A DNA stretch of 57,530 bases from Candidatus Thorarchaeota archaeon (GCA_003345595.1 PRDI01000064.1:1-57530); one strand, 5' to 3'; positions 19,363-29,367 are shown, counted from the first letter of the stretch. Numbers and translations are program-made. Notes: a model not told the origin generated them from the sequence alone.

Positions 19363-20109
19363 TTGATGGTGTGTGCCTTGTCAGACAGCAGCCGCAGTGC
19401 ATGGTTCGTAGACCGAGAAAGGAGGCGGGTAGAGCTCACCACAGATCAAGTTGTCACCTCTTTCCCACTGAACGCAATTCCCGACCCATTGTATGAGCCG
19501 ATGGCAAGCGCACTCGATGGCGATCTTGACCCTCAGACCAAGATTCAGAATCTGTATGAGTCATCACTCATGAAGCCTGCCGTTTGCACATTGAATGCCG
19601 GCGGACCGTTTCCGGTCAATACAGCCACGAAGATTGTCCGGTTGACTCTCACTGATGATGCGCTCAACGATAAGCTCGACGACATGGAAGGGCAGCTTCT
19701 GGCGCTACAAGGGCGTCCCTTCAAGGAAACCCTTGAGGATCGCATTGAGATCTATAGGGACCTATACAGAGATGACATGAAGATTGACAGACTGCGACTG
19801 GGTGCTGTTGAGATGTTTCGGGACGTGACATACGCGAACATCCAACGCGACCCGAGGGTTGCCCTGAGCTTCTGTTGGACCCGGCACAATCAGCAGCCGG
19901 CGGTTGGCTACCAGATCAACTGTGTTGCCGAGATATCACGCCCCGGTGAGCCCTTCTACAGGTTCATGCGATGTCTAAGGTCACTCTTCTCATTCAAGTT
20001 TCTTGAGATGCGCGGAACCGAGTATGCTTGTGCCTACAAGTTCTGGGTGTGCGAAGCCAAGGAGAAGTCGTTGACACCCAAGCCCGGCTTTGTTCCGCAT
20101 GAGCTCTAG
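19363..20109 (+). CDS. Hypothetical protein, possibly a split-barrel (PNPOx-like) fold
   Basis: A 248-aa ORF with protein-like composition. Its 3' end overlaps the convergent vWA gene by 4 nt. Confidence 0.45.
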   Translation: MMVCALSDSSRSAWFVDRERRRVELTTDQVVTSFPLNAIPDPLYEPMASALDGDLDPQTKIQNLYESSLMKPAVCTLNAGGPFPVNTATKIVRLTLTDDALNDKLDDMEGQLLALQGRPFKETLEDRIEIYRDLYRDDMKIDRLRLGAVEMFRDVTYANIQRDPRVALSFCWTRHNQQPAVGYQINCVAEISRPGEPFYRFMRCLRSLFSFKFLEMRGTEYACAYKFWVCEAKEKSLTPKPGFVPHEL

Positions 20110-22649
20110 TAGTTCGTAACTCTGAGCAAACTTTGAGGGAGTTCTTCTATTGAAGCAATGTTGAGTACTACCCCGTGTGCTGCCCTTGCCAAGGCGTCTG
20201 CTGAATCCGCATTGTGAGAAGTGGACGGCACGATTATTATAGTCCTGATCTCCTGCTGTCTGATCTGCCCTGCCAACTCCTCGCATGCGGCAAGATCGCT
20301 GAGATACATGTCTGTACTGAGTATGAGAATCTTCTCCTTTGCTCTTGTCTGCGTAAAGTCCTCAAGGGCAAGGCTCAGGGATTGCCTCGCGCCGGTGCCG
20401 CCTCCTGCTCTCACATCAAGAAGATCCCCGGCAACTTTCTCAACAGATACGCCGCGGTCCTGTATCCGTTTTACCACACAAGTTTCGCTATCAAACAGAA
20501 CAACCCCAAAGTCGTCTCTCTGTACTGCAAAAAGCCCGGCCATGACCGACACTGCCAGCATTCCGAGCTTCTCTGGAGCGTCCATCGAGCCAGACTTATC
20601 TAGAGCCCAGAAGAATGCACGGTGACCCATGTAGGTTTCAGTTGCTAAGAAGTCGTCCGGGTTCAGCATCTGAAAGTCTGTTCTACCCTGACTCAGAAGG
20701 GACTCAATTGTCTCTTCAAGGTCTATGAGGTCCACCTCATCTCCAATTCTGAACGGCCTTACAGTGGGAGTCTCCATGAGTCCTCCTAACATGGATGATC
20801 CCATTATTTCTCGTGAGAAGCGCATTCCGAGGTCCACGAGGAGTTTCTTGGCTATCCGCCTGAGCTGTTCCTTCACGTCGTCGGGAATCTCATCGCGGTA
20901 GGTGTACCAGATTCTTACGACGTCCGTGGCGGGTCCACCGAGGAGACCGGCCATGACTCTGTCGGTTCTTTCAGACTTGGGAGGAATGGCTCTATCTTTG
21001 TCGCCGTAGGCACCACCAGAGTTCCGCACTGCCCCATAGCTACCTCGTCGGTCGGACAACAACCCCAGGGCCGCTAGGAGATTAACGTGCGCCACCGCTC
21101 CCAAGGCCGCCTCGTTGCTCCTCTCGTAGGCAATATCACCTAGCTGCCTGAGTTGAGCCGTCGTCAGCCCTGCAGAGGCCATTAGTTCATGAAGTCTCTC
21201 AAAGCTCGACACCCCTTGCTGAATCAGCTTCTTGATGACTTCAAAGCTTGGGTTCAGTAGCTCGAGTATCTCCTCCTCCGTCATGTCTAGGCGTTCGCCC
21301 GCCTGCTTGATTGCCTCAATGGACGGCCGTTTTCCGACGTTCGCACACGATCTGACTGTCTGGCGCAGGTGTGCCCCGCTCTGTGCTTGGCAGGCTGCCG
21401 CATCCGCGAGATGCTGTTCCATATCATCCCACTTCTCAGCAGTGGACCTGTCAGGCATCTTCTGGCGATGGGACTCGGCCTCCTTAAGCTTCTGGACTAG
21501 GAATTCAGCAGGAGAGGATCGCGATTCTGCGCTCTCAATCGCGGCCTTGGTCAGCTTGTCAACTAGGTTCTTCCAGCTTAAGCTGTCCATCGCACACCCA
21601 GCAAGCTGCTTGATGTCAACATTCCCAGAGGCGCCGGCATCGTACTGCGAGTCATATTCCTGCAGTACTTCCTCAGTCACATCCTTCCCAGTGTGCTTCC
21701 GTATGCTGCCCGCAAACTCGAATGAATCATCAAGACGATATGTGGTAGCTGCCGTCTTGATCAGGTGCGAGAGGATATCAGGAGTTCTGCCCAATTCGCT
21801 TGAATAGGATGACGCTTGACTGAGATTACCGAGTGTCTCCTGAAGTACCTCGTCCATGGCCTTCCGCTTCGCCTTGCTCAGTGCCTGCAGCTGTTCAACG
21901 TGACGTAGTGCCCTTGCCGCGGTAGAAGGATCCCTAGTTGCCAGCTGTGTGAAGTCGGCCATGACGTCGCGGCTCTTGTTGAGTGCCTTTGCGGCTAGCT
22001 TCTCGGCGGCGTTCTGGGTCTTGCACAGGTTTCCTAAGACCTTGAGGACCGCAGAGTTGGCGATGTCTCTGCTTGTCAGGTTCCCTGCTCGGTCGAGGAG
22101 TTCTGCGGCCGCATTTGACCTCAGTTCCTCGTCGCTGGAAATCCCTCTCAACACAATGTCGCCATCAGATAGGTAGTCATGAGCTGCGTTATACAGTGAT
22201 GAGTCCTCTGCTGACCTGACTTGCTGAAGGTAGTCGTACCCGGCTTGCACGCGGTCCTTTCGGATTCTCTTTGCTAGATCTTGCTCCCAGCGAATTTGCT
22301 GTATTACAGCTTGAATCTTGTCAGCCCTCGCCGGGCTCTCCTGCAGCTCCGATTGTGGCTCTTCTTTTCTCTCTTCTCTTGTTCTGCCGAGGACCATGTC
22401 TTCTGCAATCAATCGCGCAAGTTCTTGGTCAGGGGGAAACGTTGTGCAAACGGCGGCATCAATGAAGTCATCGAGGGTCAAGCGACCCTGCCTGAGGTAT
22501 CGACTGGAGAGCAGCTGTGGTATTGCTTGAGTCTGGCGTATGCTGGGTTTCGTCTTCGTTTCAGGGGAGTTGCGCAACCTTTTGACGAACTCGTACGCAA
22601 ACTCGGGTACATTTGACAGGACAGGTTCAATGGTGGCAAGGGCTGTCAT
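20106..22649 (-). CDS. Large protein with a C-terminal von Willebrand factor A domain (CbbO/NorD-like partner of a MoxR-class ATPase)
   Basis: The C-terminal vWA has a MIDAS DxSxS motif (LDKSGSMD) plus downstream Thr and Asp positions (TGARQS, LSTDMY). About 600 aa of N-terminal sequence is alpha-helical and charged. The start overlaps the MoxR stop (ATGA). Confidence 0.85.
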   Translation of the reverse strand: MTALATIEPVLSNVPEFAYEFVKRLRNSPETKTKPSIRQTQAIPQLLSSRYLRQGRLTLDDFIDAAVCTTFPPDQELARLIAEDMVLGRTREERKEEPQSELQESPARADKIQAVIQQIRWEQDLAKRIRKDRVQAGYDYLQQVRSAEDSSLYNAAHDYLSDGDIVLRGISSDEELRSNAAAELLDRAGNLTSRDIANSAVLKVLGNLCKTQNAAEKLAAKALNKSRDVMADFTQLATRDPSTAARALRHVEQLQALSKAKRKAMDEVLQETLGNLSQASSYSSELGRTPDILSHLIKTAATTYRLDDSFEFAGSIRKHTGKDVTEEVLQEYDSQYDAGASGNVDIKQLAGCAMDSLSWKNLVDKLTKAAIESAESRSSPAEFLVQKLKEAESHRQKMPDRSTAEKWDDMEQHLADAAACQAQSGAHLRQTVRSCANVGKRPSIEAIKQAGERLDMTEEEILELLNPSFEVIKKLIQQGVSSFERLHELMASAGLTTAQLRQLGDIAYERSNEAALGAVAHVNLLAALGLLSDRRGSYGAVRNSGGAYGDKDRAIPPKSERTDRVMAGLLGGPATDVVRIWYTYRDEIPDDVKEQLRRIAKKLLVDLGMRFSREIMGSSMLGGLMETPTVRPFRIGDEVDLIDLEETIESLLSQGRTDFQMLNPDDFLATETYMGHRAFFWALDKSGSMDAPEKLGMLAVSVMAGLFAVQRDDFGVVLFDSETCVVKRIQDRGVSVEKVAGDLLDVRAGGGTGARQSLSLALEDFTQTRAKEKILILSTDMYLSDLAACEELAGQIRQQEIRTIIIVPSTSHNADSADALARAAHGVVLNIASIEELPQSLLRVTNY

Positions 22650-23572
22650 TAAGACTCAGCACCCTTCTTGCCCAAGACTGTGCGAACGAGCGCACTAACA
22701 GCTGGCTCGGCATCTATTCCCGGACGGAATCTGAGAGCACCTATCAATACGCTGGTCGCCGAATCAGAGAGTATCTTGTGCGTGACCTCGCCATTGTTAT
22801 CTCTTGTTGCCATTTGGGCTGAGAGTCGCGCAATCGAGATTCCGGCACGAATCGACGCAGGCAATTCTATGTCCGGACTGACTCTTGAAGCCGAAACTAG
22901 ACTGTAGACGCTATCAAGAACTGAGTCACTCAGCTTGTACTCGGGGCAGTTTACGCGTATTATCTCCAGTTCAGTTTCCTTGTTGGGGTATCCGAGTCTG
23001 ATCCAGACCCTAATCCTGTCTCTAAAGGCTTCACTCAGCCTGTGAGCCCCGGCCATTTCTTCCGGGTTCATCGTGAGAACCGGAAAGAAGCCGTCATGCG
23101 CCTTGATTCTACCGAGTCGTTGAACGTTGACGGTGAATTCCTCGAACGGCTCCAAGAGAGTGTTTTGAACATACTCGGGCAGACGGTTCCCCTCATTGAG
23201 ACCGAACACTCCTCCAAACACCATCGCCTTCAGCAGCGGTCCGGGCTCGAAGGAATCGAGGGTAAACCCCTTCGTCAGAACAAGCGCAGGGTTGAACGAG
23301 CCTATCAAGTGTGCCGGTCTTACTCCTTCATCTCCAGTGACCCATTGAAATAGCCTGTTTGTCTTCTCAGCGTAGGCCCGCAACAGGAGAGTCTTGCCCA
23401 CACCTGGCGGACCGATTATCCCCGGTATCAGATTCGCGTTCTCGCAATCAGTGAGTATGTCCCACGCATCTTTGTATTGGTCCTTCACAACAATACGTAC
23501 CTTTTCGCGCGATGCTGCCGCTAGGCGTTTCTGGAAGGCTTCACCAAATCCTTTTTCCTCATTCTCTGGCAT
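22649..23572 (-). CDS. MoxR-class AAA+ ATPase (AAA_5, CbbQ/NorQ/NirQ-like)
   Basis: Walker A GPPGVGKT, Walker B hhhhNEGNR-type, and an arginine finger. Length is about 307 aa. Translationally coupled to the downstream vWA gene. Confidence 0.88.
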   Translation of the reverse strand: MPENEEKGFGEAFQKRLAAASREKVRIVVKDQYKDAWDILTDCENANLIPGIIGPPGVGKTLLLRAYAEKTNRLFQWVTGDEGVRPAHLIGSFNPALVLTKGFTLDSFEPGPLLKAMVFGGVFGLNEGNRLPEYVQNTLLEPFEEFTVNVQRLGRIKAHDGFFPVLTMNPEEMAGAHRLSEAFRDRIRVWIRLGYPNKETELEIIRVNCPEYKLSDSVLDSVYSLVSASRVSPDIELPASIRAGISIARLSAQMATRDNNGEVTHKILSDSATSVLIGALRFRPGIDAEPAVSALVRTVLGKKGAES

Positions 23573-23611
23573 GACCCTACCCCTGACGTATCTCAGTCTA
23601 CTGCAGGCAGA

Positions 23612-24691
23612 TTAAAACCCATCCGTCACTTCACCGGCTTCCGAGGTTTGTTTTCTTTTGGCGTCTGTAGATCCGCCAACCGCAGTCCGTTGATGCAGTT
23701 CTTGGGAATAGGCAAACAGTGCAGGTTGGCCGCCCGTATGCCAGAACAGAGTCGGGCTGTCCGATGGTATCTCTCCAGACATAGCCATTTGTATGAGCCC
23801 GACTCCAGCCTTTCCAGTGTACACTGGATCCAGCAGGACGCCTTCGAGTCTGGCGAACATCTCGATTGCCTTGCGCTCAGGGTCGCCCATGACCGCATAT
23901 CCTTCACCGATGAACCTGTCATCGATTAATATTGCGGGCTTGAACTTCTCTACAAGTGAAGGGTACTCTCTCATCATTCTCTGAAGAAGATCGCGTACAC
24001 GGGATGTCGCAGCGTCAGCACTGTCATACACATTCAGGCCTAGGATTTCTGCATCAAGACCCATCATGTGCTGCCCTGCAATCATACCTGCCAGTGTCCC
24101 TCCTGTGCTCGTGGCTACGATGATGCGTTCAGGGCTGAATGCTGCTCTGTCAAGCTGTTGTTTGAGCTCCTGAATGGCTGCTGCATATGCTAGTGATCCA
24201 ATGGGCGTGGCGGCACCTGCTGGGACAGCATAGGGTTTCAACCCGAGTTCTTCAAGCGTTGTCACCACAGAGGCAAGTCTGTCATTCAGCGGGAGAAAGC
24301 CCTCATTTGGGAAGAACTTGATTTCAGCCCCATAGATAGCATCGAGCAGAAGGTTTCCTGTGTATTCATCCGGCTCTTCACCGCCAAGAAGCAGAACGCA
24401 TCGCATACCGGCAGCCGCCGCCGCGGCGGCAGTCTGTCGGCAGTGATTGCTTTGCAGAGCTCCCACGGTGACGAGCGTATCACAACCTTGTTGCTTGGCA
24501 TCTCCAATGACGAACTCAAGCTTTCTTGTCTTGTTACCGCCGAAACCGGGCCCAGTCATGTCATCGCGTTTTATCCACAGATTGTCAAGCCCCAGCTCTT
24601 TGCCTAGGTTTCTCATTGGGTGAAGGGGAGTTGGCAGGAATGCCAACCGGGTTCTCGGCAGGATATCGAACATGGCTAGTGGTGATGGCAT
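23612..24691 (-). CDS. PLP-dependent enzyme of the 1-aminocyclopropane-1-carboxylate deaminase / D-cysteine desulfhydrase family
   Basis: N-terminus LPTPLHPMRNLGKELGLDNLWIKRDDMTGPGFGGNKTRKLEF, with the PLP lysine in the GGNKTRKLE context typical of the ACCD/DcyD family. Length is 359 aa. Confidence 0.8.
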   Translation of the reverse strand: MPSPLAMFDILPRTRLAFLPTPLHPMRNLGKELGLDNLWIKRDDMTGPGFGGNKTRKLEFVIGDAKQQGCDTLVTVGALQSNHCRQTAAAAAAAGMRCVLLLGGEEPDEYTGNLLLDAIYGAEIKFFPNEGFLPLNDRLASVVTTLEELGLKPYAVPAGAATPIGSLAYAAAIQELKQQLDRAAFSPERIIVATSTGGTLAGMIAGQHMMGLDAEILGLNVYDSADAATSRVRDLLQRMMREYPSLVEKFKPAILIDDRFIGEGYAVMGDPERKAIEMFARLEGVLLDPVYTGKAGVGLIQMAMSGEIPSDSPTLFWHTGGQPALFAYSQELHQRTAVGGSTDAKRKQTSEAGEVTDGF

Positions 24692-24807
24692 GCAAACATG
24701 GATATCAAGAATACCAATAGGGCGGCCAGAGCCCGTTTCGGGACTTCCTACATGAGCTACATCCGACGCTTAAGAGGCCGTTCATGCATGGGTTGGTCAA
24801 TCGGGGT

Positions 24808-24993
24808 CTATGGGAGGCGTCCAAAGAATCCCGAGATGAAGGCCAACAGGAGTGCCAGCAATATGATGACACCAACAATCTGGCACCAGCATTGACAGAA
24901 CCTGTCACAACAGCCCTTTGGCTTCTCTACCTCCTGATGTTCCTTCTTTTCGGGGTAGTCTGTCGGCAGTGGAATCTCTGTCATTGTGGTCAC
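24808..24993 (-). CDS. Possible small Cys-rich membrane protein (61 aa)
   Basis: Acidic N-terminus, a CCDRFCQCWC cluster, then one TM helix. It sits in a 509-bp intergenic gap and competes with an overlapping plus-strand ORF. Confidence 0.25.
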   Translation of the reverse strand: MTTMTEIPLPTDYPEKKEHQEVEKPKGCCDRFCQCWCQIVGVIILLALLLAFISGFFGRLP

Positions 24994-25199
24994 TTTGAGA
25001 TTTCTTGTCTATTGCTGAACAAGGTCGGACGTGAGGTTGGCAGTCTTATGAGACTATCTCCGCTGTGCTAGTATTCTTCGGCCGCTTCCGCCCCCTCTGT
25101 GATACTGAGCACAGTTCAGCAAAAGGGAGAAAAGGATTCCCGGTCTGGCTTCCATGTTCGTCATTATACTGTCTCTGAACGCAGGGAGATAATCAGGGC

Positions 25200-26603
25200 T
25201 TGAGCGGACAGATGGATACCATCCTCGATAGGCCTAGGGGTCTGAGACTGATAGGAATCACGCAGATGGCGTTCGGCTTCTTCGGGCTGCTAGCCTCGAT
25301 AGGCCTCGTGATAGCATCACTAGTGGGCAATCCTTCTTTTCTGGGGATGGGCCTGCTGTATTCTGTAGTCATATTCCTATGTGTCGCACTCCCGTGCCTT
25401 GTCATTGGAAATTACGTGGACGACCTCCGCCGCAATGCAGTCCTCGCTCAGGTGGCGTACAGCGCTGGTGCGGCCGTTGTCGCAGGGTATTTTCTGTACC
25501 TCCGTGGAGTATCCTATCATTGGACTGTCCCTTGGTTTGGGTTGGGGCTTGATGTTGATGTTGGCAATCTCGCTGTGCTCGTAGTTGTCACTCAAACGCT
25601 GTTTGTGCTCTACCTGGTGACCAAGTGGAAGAGTGTTGCTCCTCCGCGTGGAGTCCACATTGAGCGTGACAAGAAGAAGGCGCGAATCCTGGAACAGGGT
25701 CTGGTACCATCGCCACTGCCAGCTGGGCTTGTAGCTAGCGATGGTCACACTTCCTTGACGGACGAAGCGACTAGAAAGATAATGGAAGTCCGAAGAGTGA
25801 CAACCACTGAAGGAATGGCAATCCTTTGCTCGAACTGTGGTGGCGCTACCCCTGTTGCGAAAGCTGAGAAGGACAATACTATCGTCTGTCAGTTCTGTGG
25901 AGTAAGATTAGGTCTCAGCAGTGTCTTCGTGCCCTGCGTCAATCACACGGAGTACTTGGCGGCAACCACTTGTGCTGTCTGTGGCGAGCATTACTGCCGA
26001 ATGTGCCTCACTGCACAGGAGCCCCCAGTTGACGAACGGTGGAAGGGGTCCTCGGTGTTTCTGTGCCAGAGATGCTTTGAGGGCCGCTATCGACCTGCTG
26101 TGACCACTGCCTCCCTGGTCATACCTATCGACAAGCTGTTCTCAAAGGCAGGAACGAGATTCAGTAGAGTCGGATCACTCTACGGCAAGTTCCTTCGTGC
26201 ATACGGACATATCATGAGATACGTCCTCCAGTTCGCAGCCAGAGCTGCCGCTTCTGTAGGCAAAGGCAGTCACGGAAATGACAACGCTGGAGCTGTGATC
26301 ATAGCCATTATCATAGCCATAGTGGCAATTCCAGTCCTTGTCGGGGTAGCCATGTTGCTTGCAGCGATTGTCATCGTTCCTTTGTTGTTCTATGCGGGCC
26401 TCATTGGGGTGGCAATCGCGGCTGTTCGGATTATCAGACGTACCGATTTCCTAACTCTAGAAAGGGCTCGTCAGGAAGGTATTGTCTTGCGCAGGCCTGC
26501 AAAGAAAGTCGAGTCTCCACTAAGAGAGGAGAGCAGACCTTGGGAGAACCCCCGCGAGTGGAAAAAGGAAGTCACCAAGGCTGAGCCCTTCATCAGGAGA
26601 TAG
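25200..26603 (+). CDS. Polytopic membrane protein with a cytoplasmic zinc-ribbon and a B-box-like Cys cluster, paralogue 1
   Basis: About five N-terminal TM helices. Then CSNCGG...CQFCG (zinc ribbon) and CVNH...CAVCGEHYCRMC...CQRCF. Three more TM helices and a charged tail follow. Confidence 0.6.
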   Translation: MSGQMDTILDRPRGLRLIGITQMAFGFFGLLASIGLVIASLVGNPSFLGMGLLYSVVIFLCVALPCLVIGNYVDDLRRNAVLAQVAYSAGAAVVAGYFLYLRGVSYHWTVPWFGLGLDVDVGNLAVLVVVTQTLFVLYLVTKWKSVAPPRGVHIERDKKKARILEQGLVPSPLPAGLVASDGHTSLTDEATRKIMEVRRVTTTEGMAILCSNCGGATPVAKAEKDNTIVCQFCGVRLGLSSVFVPCVNHTEYLAATTCAVCGEHYCRMCLTAQEPPVDERWKGSSVFLCQRCFEGRYRPAVTTASLVIPIDKLFSKAGTRFSRVGSLYGKFLRAYGHIMRYVLQFAARAAASVGKGSHGNDNAGAVIIAIIIAIVAIPVLVGVAMLLAAIVIVPLLFYAGLIGVAIAAVRIIRRTDFLTLERARQEGIVLRRPAKKVESPLREESRPWENPREWKKEVTKAEPFIRR

Positions 26604-26607
26604 GTGA

Positions 26608-27444
26608 TTGATGATGTCCTCGGAAACGATCATGTGTCCCGTCTGCGGCGGAGCAATCCAAACAGTCTCTCCTGACAAGGTGAACAGATGCGAATTCTGT
26701 GCGAGCCCGGTCTTGGGCAGGAGGCAGAATCATGACTGTGTCAATCACCCCGGTCGTGTGGCAAAAGGCGTATGCAGCGTATGTGGAGACCTCGTCTGCG
26801 AAGAGTGTATCCAGTTACGGGTAGGGGACTATGGCGGCAAGCTATTCACAATTGCAAACTGTGGGAAACCTGATTGCGTTCAGGAGAGCAAGTGGGCACA
26901 GCCTCTCAATCTTGAGTATCAGCGTTTGGCTAACATGGATTGGTCTGACTCGGTCGACAACTCTATTCTTCGTGTCACGGGACTAGGAGCAGTCCTGATG
27001 GTGGTCTTCGAGCTCGTTTTTGTGCTGTGTATGCTCTATGTCCAGTACTTCACATCGTGGGGGCTGACCACAGACCCTGTTCCCAACATACCATACTTCT
27101 TCGTAAGAGGCGACACGGTAGTTCTGTTCTGCATCATCGGCAATCTTTTGTCGGCTCTGCTGCTCCAGACTGCCCTTCAGGTCCATGTGCACGAAAGGCA
27201 GCTTGGCGCAGGCATACTCCTTATGTTGCTCTTGGTCACAGAGGTGGGCTTTCTGCTTGGCAGGGGTCTTCTCTTCAATCTCCGCTTCTATCCCAGTCTG
27301 TATCTGATCCCCTTCTTCCTAGGAGCATTTGTGATTGCCACACTCATGGTCTTTGGTGGGGCACTACTAGCGATAGGAGTCGGATTCAAGAAACGAAAAC
27401 AGCTGAAGCGGGCTAGAGAAACCTTGGGCCTGTCAGGGCAATAG
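26608..27444 (+). CDS. Zinc-ribbon/B-box-like membrane protein, paralogue 2, with the domain order permuted relative to paralogue 1
   Basis: N-terminal CPVCGG...CEFC ribbon and CVNHPGRVAKGVCSVCGDLVCEEC...CGKPDC, followed by five TM helices. It starts 4 nt after paralogue 1 ends. Confidence 0.6.
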   Translation: MMMSSETIMCPVCGGAIQTVSPDKVNRCEFCASPVLGRRQNHDCVNHPGRVAKGVCSVCGDLVCEECIQLRVGDYGGKLFTIANCGKPDCVQESKWAQPLNLEYQRLANMDWSDSVDNSILRVTGLGAVLMVVFELVFVLCMLYVQYFTSWGLTTDPVPNIPYFFVRGDTVVLFCIIGNLLSALLLQTALQVHVHERQLGAGILLMLLLVTEVGFLLGRGLLFNLRFYPSLYLIPFFLGAFVIATLMVFGGALLAIGVGFKKRKQLKRARETLGLSGQ

Positions 27445-27457
27445 TCAGGTTTACCGA

Positions 27458-29206
27458 CTACAACTCAGTGATGTCAAAGAGGTCTATGATCCTGAAGCGC
27501 TTGACGTCAACGAGCCCAAGGTCTGTAATCTTGAGCTCCGGTATGACCGGGAGCGATAGAAAAGCCATTGACATAAAGGGCTCCTCAAGTATGCTTCCCA
27601 GCGCGTGAGCCGCCTCCTTGAGCCTTACAAGATTGTCGCTGACATTCTCGATAGACTGGTCCGACATCAGACCGGCAATGGGAAGCGGGAGAGATTCAGT
27701 CACCGTTCCGTCGCGGACCACAGCGATTCCTCCCTGCATCCTGACAATCTGGATGGCAGCTTCGATCAGGTCGTGGTCATTCGTGGCCACCGCTACAATG
27801 TTGTGACTGTCGTGCGCTATGGAGGAGACCATTGCTCCTTCCTTGATTCCCACCCCTTTTACGAATCCAATGGCACGAGGTTTCGAAGCGTTGTGCCGCT
27901 CTATAATAGAAACTTTCACAATGTCACGGTCGATGTCAGGGACGACGAGCCCGTCAGTAACTTTGGCCTCCTCAATTAGCCGCTTCGTGATGATTTGACC
28001 CGGTATCATGCCAATGACATTGATACGACTTCCCCGTGCTTTGACTTGGAAGTCCTCGGGCTCAAGCCAGTGTATGTTCACAGACCTACGCAGTCTTGGC
28101 TGTTCCTGAATTCCGAATGTGTCAGTCATTTTGCCGTCCTTAGCAACAAGAACACCTTGTTTGAAGACCATTTCCACACCGATGTGTTGGAGCGAATCCA
28201 AGACGACAATGTCCGCATTGTAACCTGAAGCAACCGCCCCTACATACTGCAAACCATAGTGGCGCGCAGTCGACAATGTCGCCACCTTGATAGCCAACAC
28301 CGGATCAACGCCCATCGCGACAGCGTTTCTGATCATGCTGTCGATGTGCCCCTTTGTTATTAGGTCGAGGGTGTTGCGGTCGTCTGTCACGAAGCTGCAA
28401 GACATTGCCGTCTGTGGTTGGATGAGACTAGCCAGGGCAGTAAGGTTCCTTGCCGTTGAGCCCTCTCTGATGTGTATGTGCAGTCCTGCGGCGAGCTTGC
28501 TTCTTGCTTCATCGAGAGTGGTGCACTCATGATCTGAAGAAATCCTTGCCGCGACGTAAGCCATTAGGTCTGTGCCTGAAACCAGTGGCGCATGGCCATC
28601 GATTCTCTTGCCGAGAGCAAGCGAAACGCGGATCTTCTCCAGTATCTCGGGGTCCTTGTACACGACGCCCTGATAGTTCATGGCTTCTGCGAGACCCAGC
28701 ACGTAGGACTCTGTCATCAATGGCTGGATATCGAGGAAGTCTAAGGATACAGCGTTTGTTTCGAGCTCCGTTGCAGGCACACAAGACGGGAGCATTATGT
28801 AGACTTCCAATGGACCCCCGCGCATACTCTTGCTTACGTACATGATGCCCTCCATTCCAAGGACATTCGCGATTTCGTGAGGGTCGGCGATGACAGCCCC
28901 GGTTCCATGGGGAACGACTGCACGTGCGTATTCCATGGGCATGACCATTGAGCTTTCAATGTGCACATGGCCGTCTATGAATGAGGGGGCGACGTACTTC
29001 GCCTTGACGTCGATGACCTCTTTTCCAGCGTAGCTTCCTATTCCAGCAATGAAACCGTCGTGAATGGCGACATCACCCTCCGTGATATCACCAGTGAATA
29101 CGTTGACAACGGAGGCGTTTCTGAGAACGAGATCTGCTCGCGTTCTCCCCGCTGCGACGTCAATCATGTGCTCAAGGGGGTAATGATCTGGACGTGTGAG
29201 AAACAT
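27458..29206 (-). CDS. ade: Adenine deaminase
   Basis: The signature PSFIDGHVHIESSMV matches the adenine deaminase metal-binding motif (xIDxHxHIESSM). The 582-aa length matches Ade-family enzymes. Confidence 0.85.
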   Translation of the reverse strand: MFLTRPDHYPLEHMIDVAAGRTRADLVLRNASVVNVFTGDITEGDVAIHDGFIAGIGSYAGKEVIDVKAKYVAPSFIDGHVHIESSMVMPMEYARAVVPHGTGAVIADPHEIANVLGMEGIMYVSKSMRGGPLEVYIMLPSCVPATELETNAVSLDFLDIQPLMTESYVLGLAEAMNYQGVVYKDPEILEKIRVSLALGKRIDGHAPLVSGTDLMAYVAARISSDHECTTLDEARSKLAAGLHIHIREGSTARNLTALASLIQPQTAMSCSFVTDDRNTLDLITKGHIDSMIRNAVAMGVDPVLAIKVATLSTARHYGLQYVGAVASGYNADIVVLDSLQHIGVEMVFKQGVLVAKDGKMTDTFGIQEQPRLRRSVNIHWLEPEDFQVKARGSRINVIGMIPGQIITKRLIEEAKVTDGLVVPDIDRDIVKVSIIERHNASKPRAIGFVKGVGIKEGAMVSSIAHDSHNIVAVATNDHDLIEAAIQIVRMQGGIAVVRDGTVTESLPLPIAGLMSDQSIENVSDNLVRLKEAAHALGSILEEPFMSMAFLSLPVIPELKITDLGLVDVKRFRIIDLFDITEL

Positions 29207-29367
29207 CGGAGGTCACTGTATCTGAGTCGCAAAAGGTAGTGAAAAGGCTTGTCTGTCCTAGCTTGAGCCTCTTAGAGTTCCATGCGTGTGGTTTTTATTC
29301 CATATGCCTCAACATCCCCGAAACTTTGGCTTGCCCCCTGCTGCAGTTGTCGTCGAGATGAACCATT

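Noticed and set aside
21232-21807. 191-aa plus-strand ORF
   Set aside because: Antisense inside the vWA gene. Ser-rich low-complexity translation.
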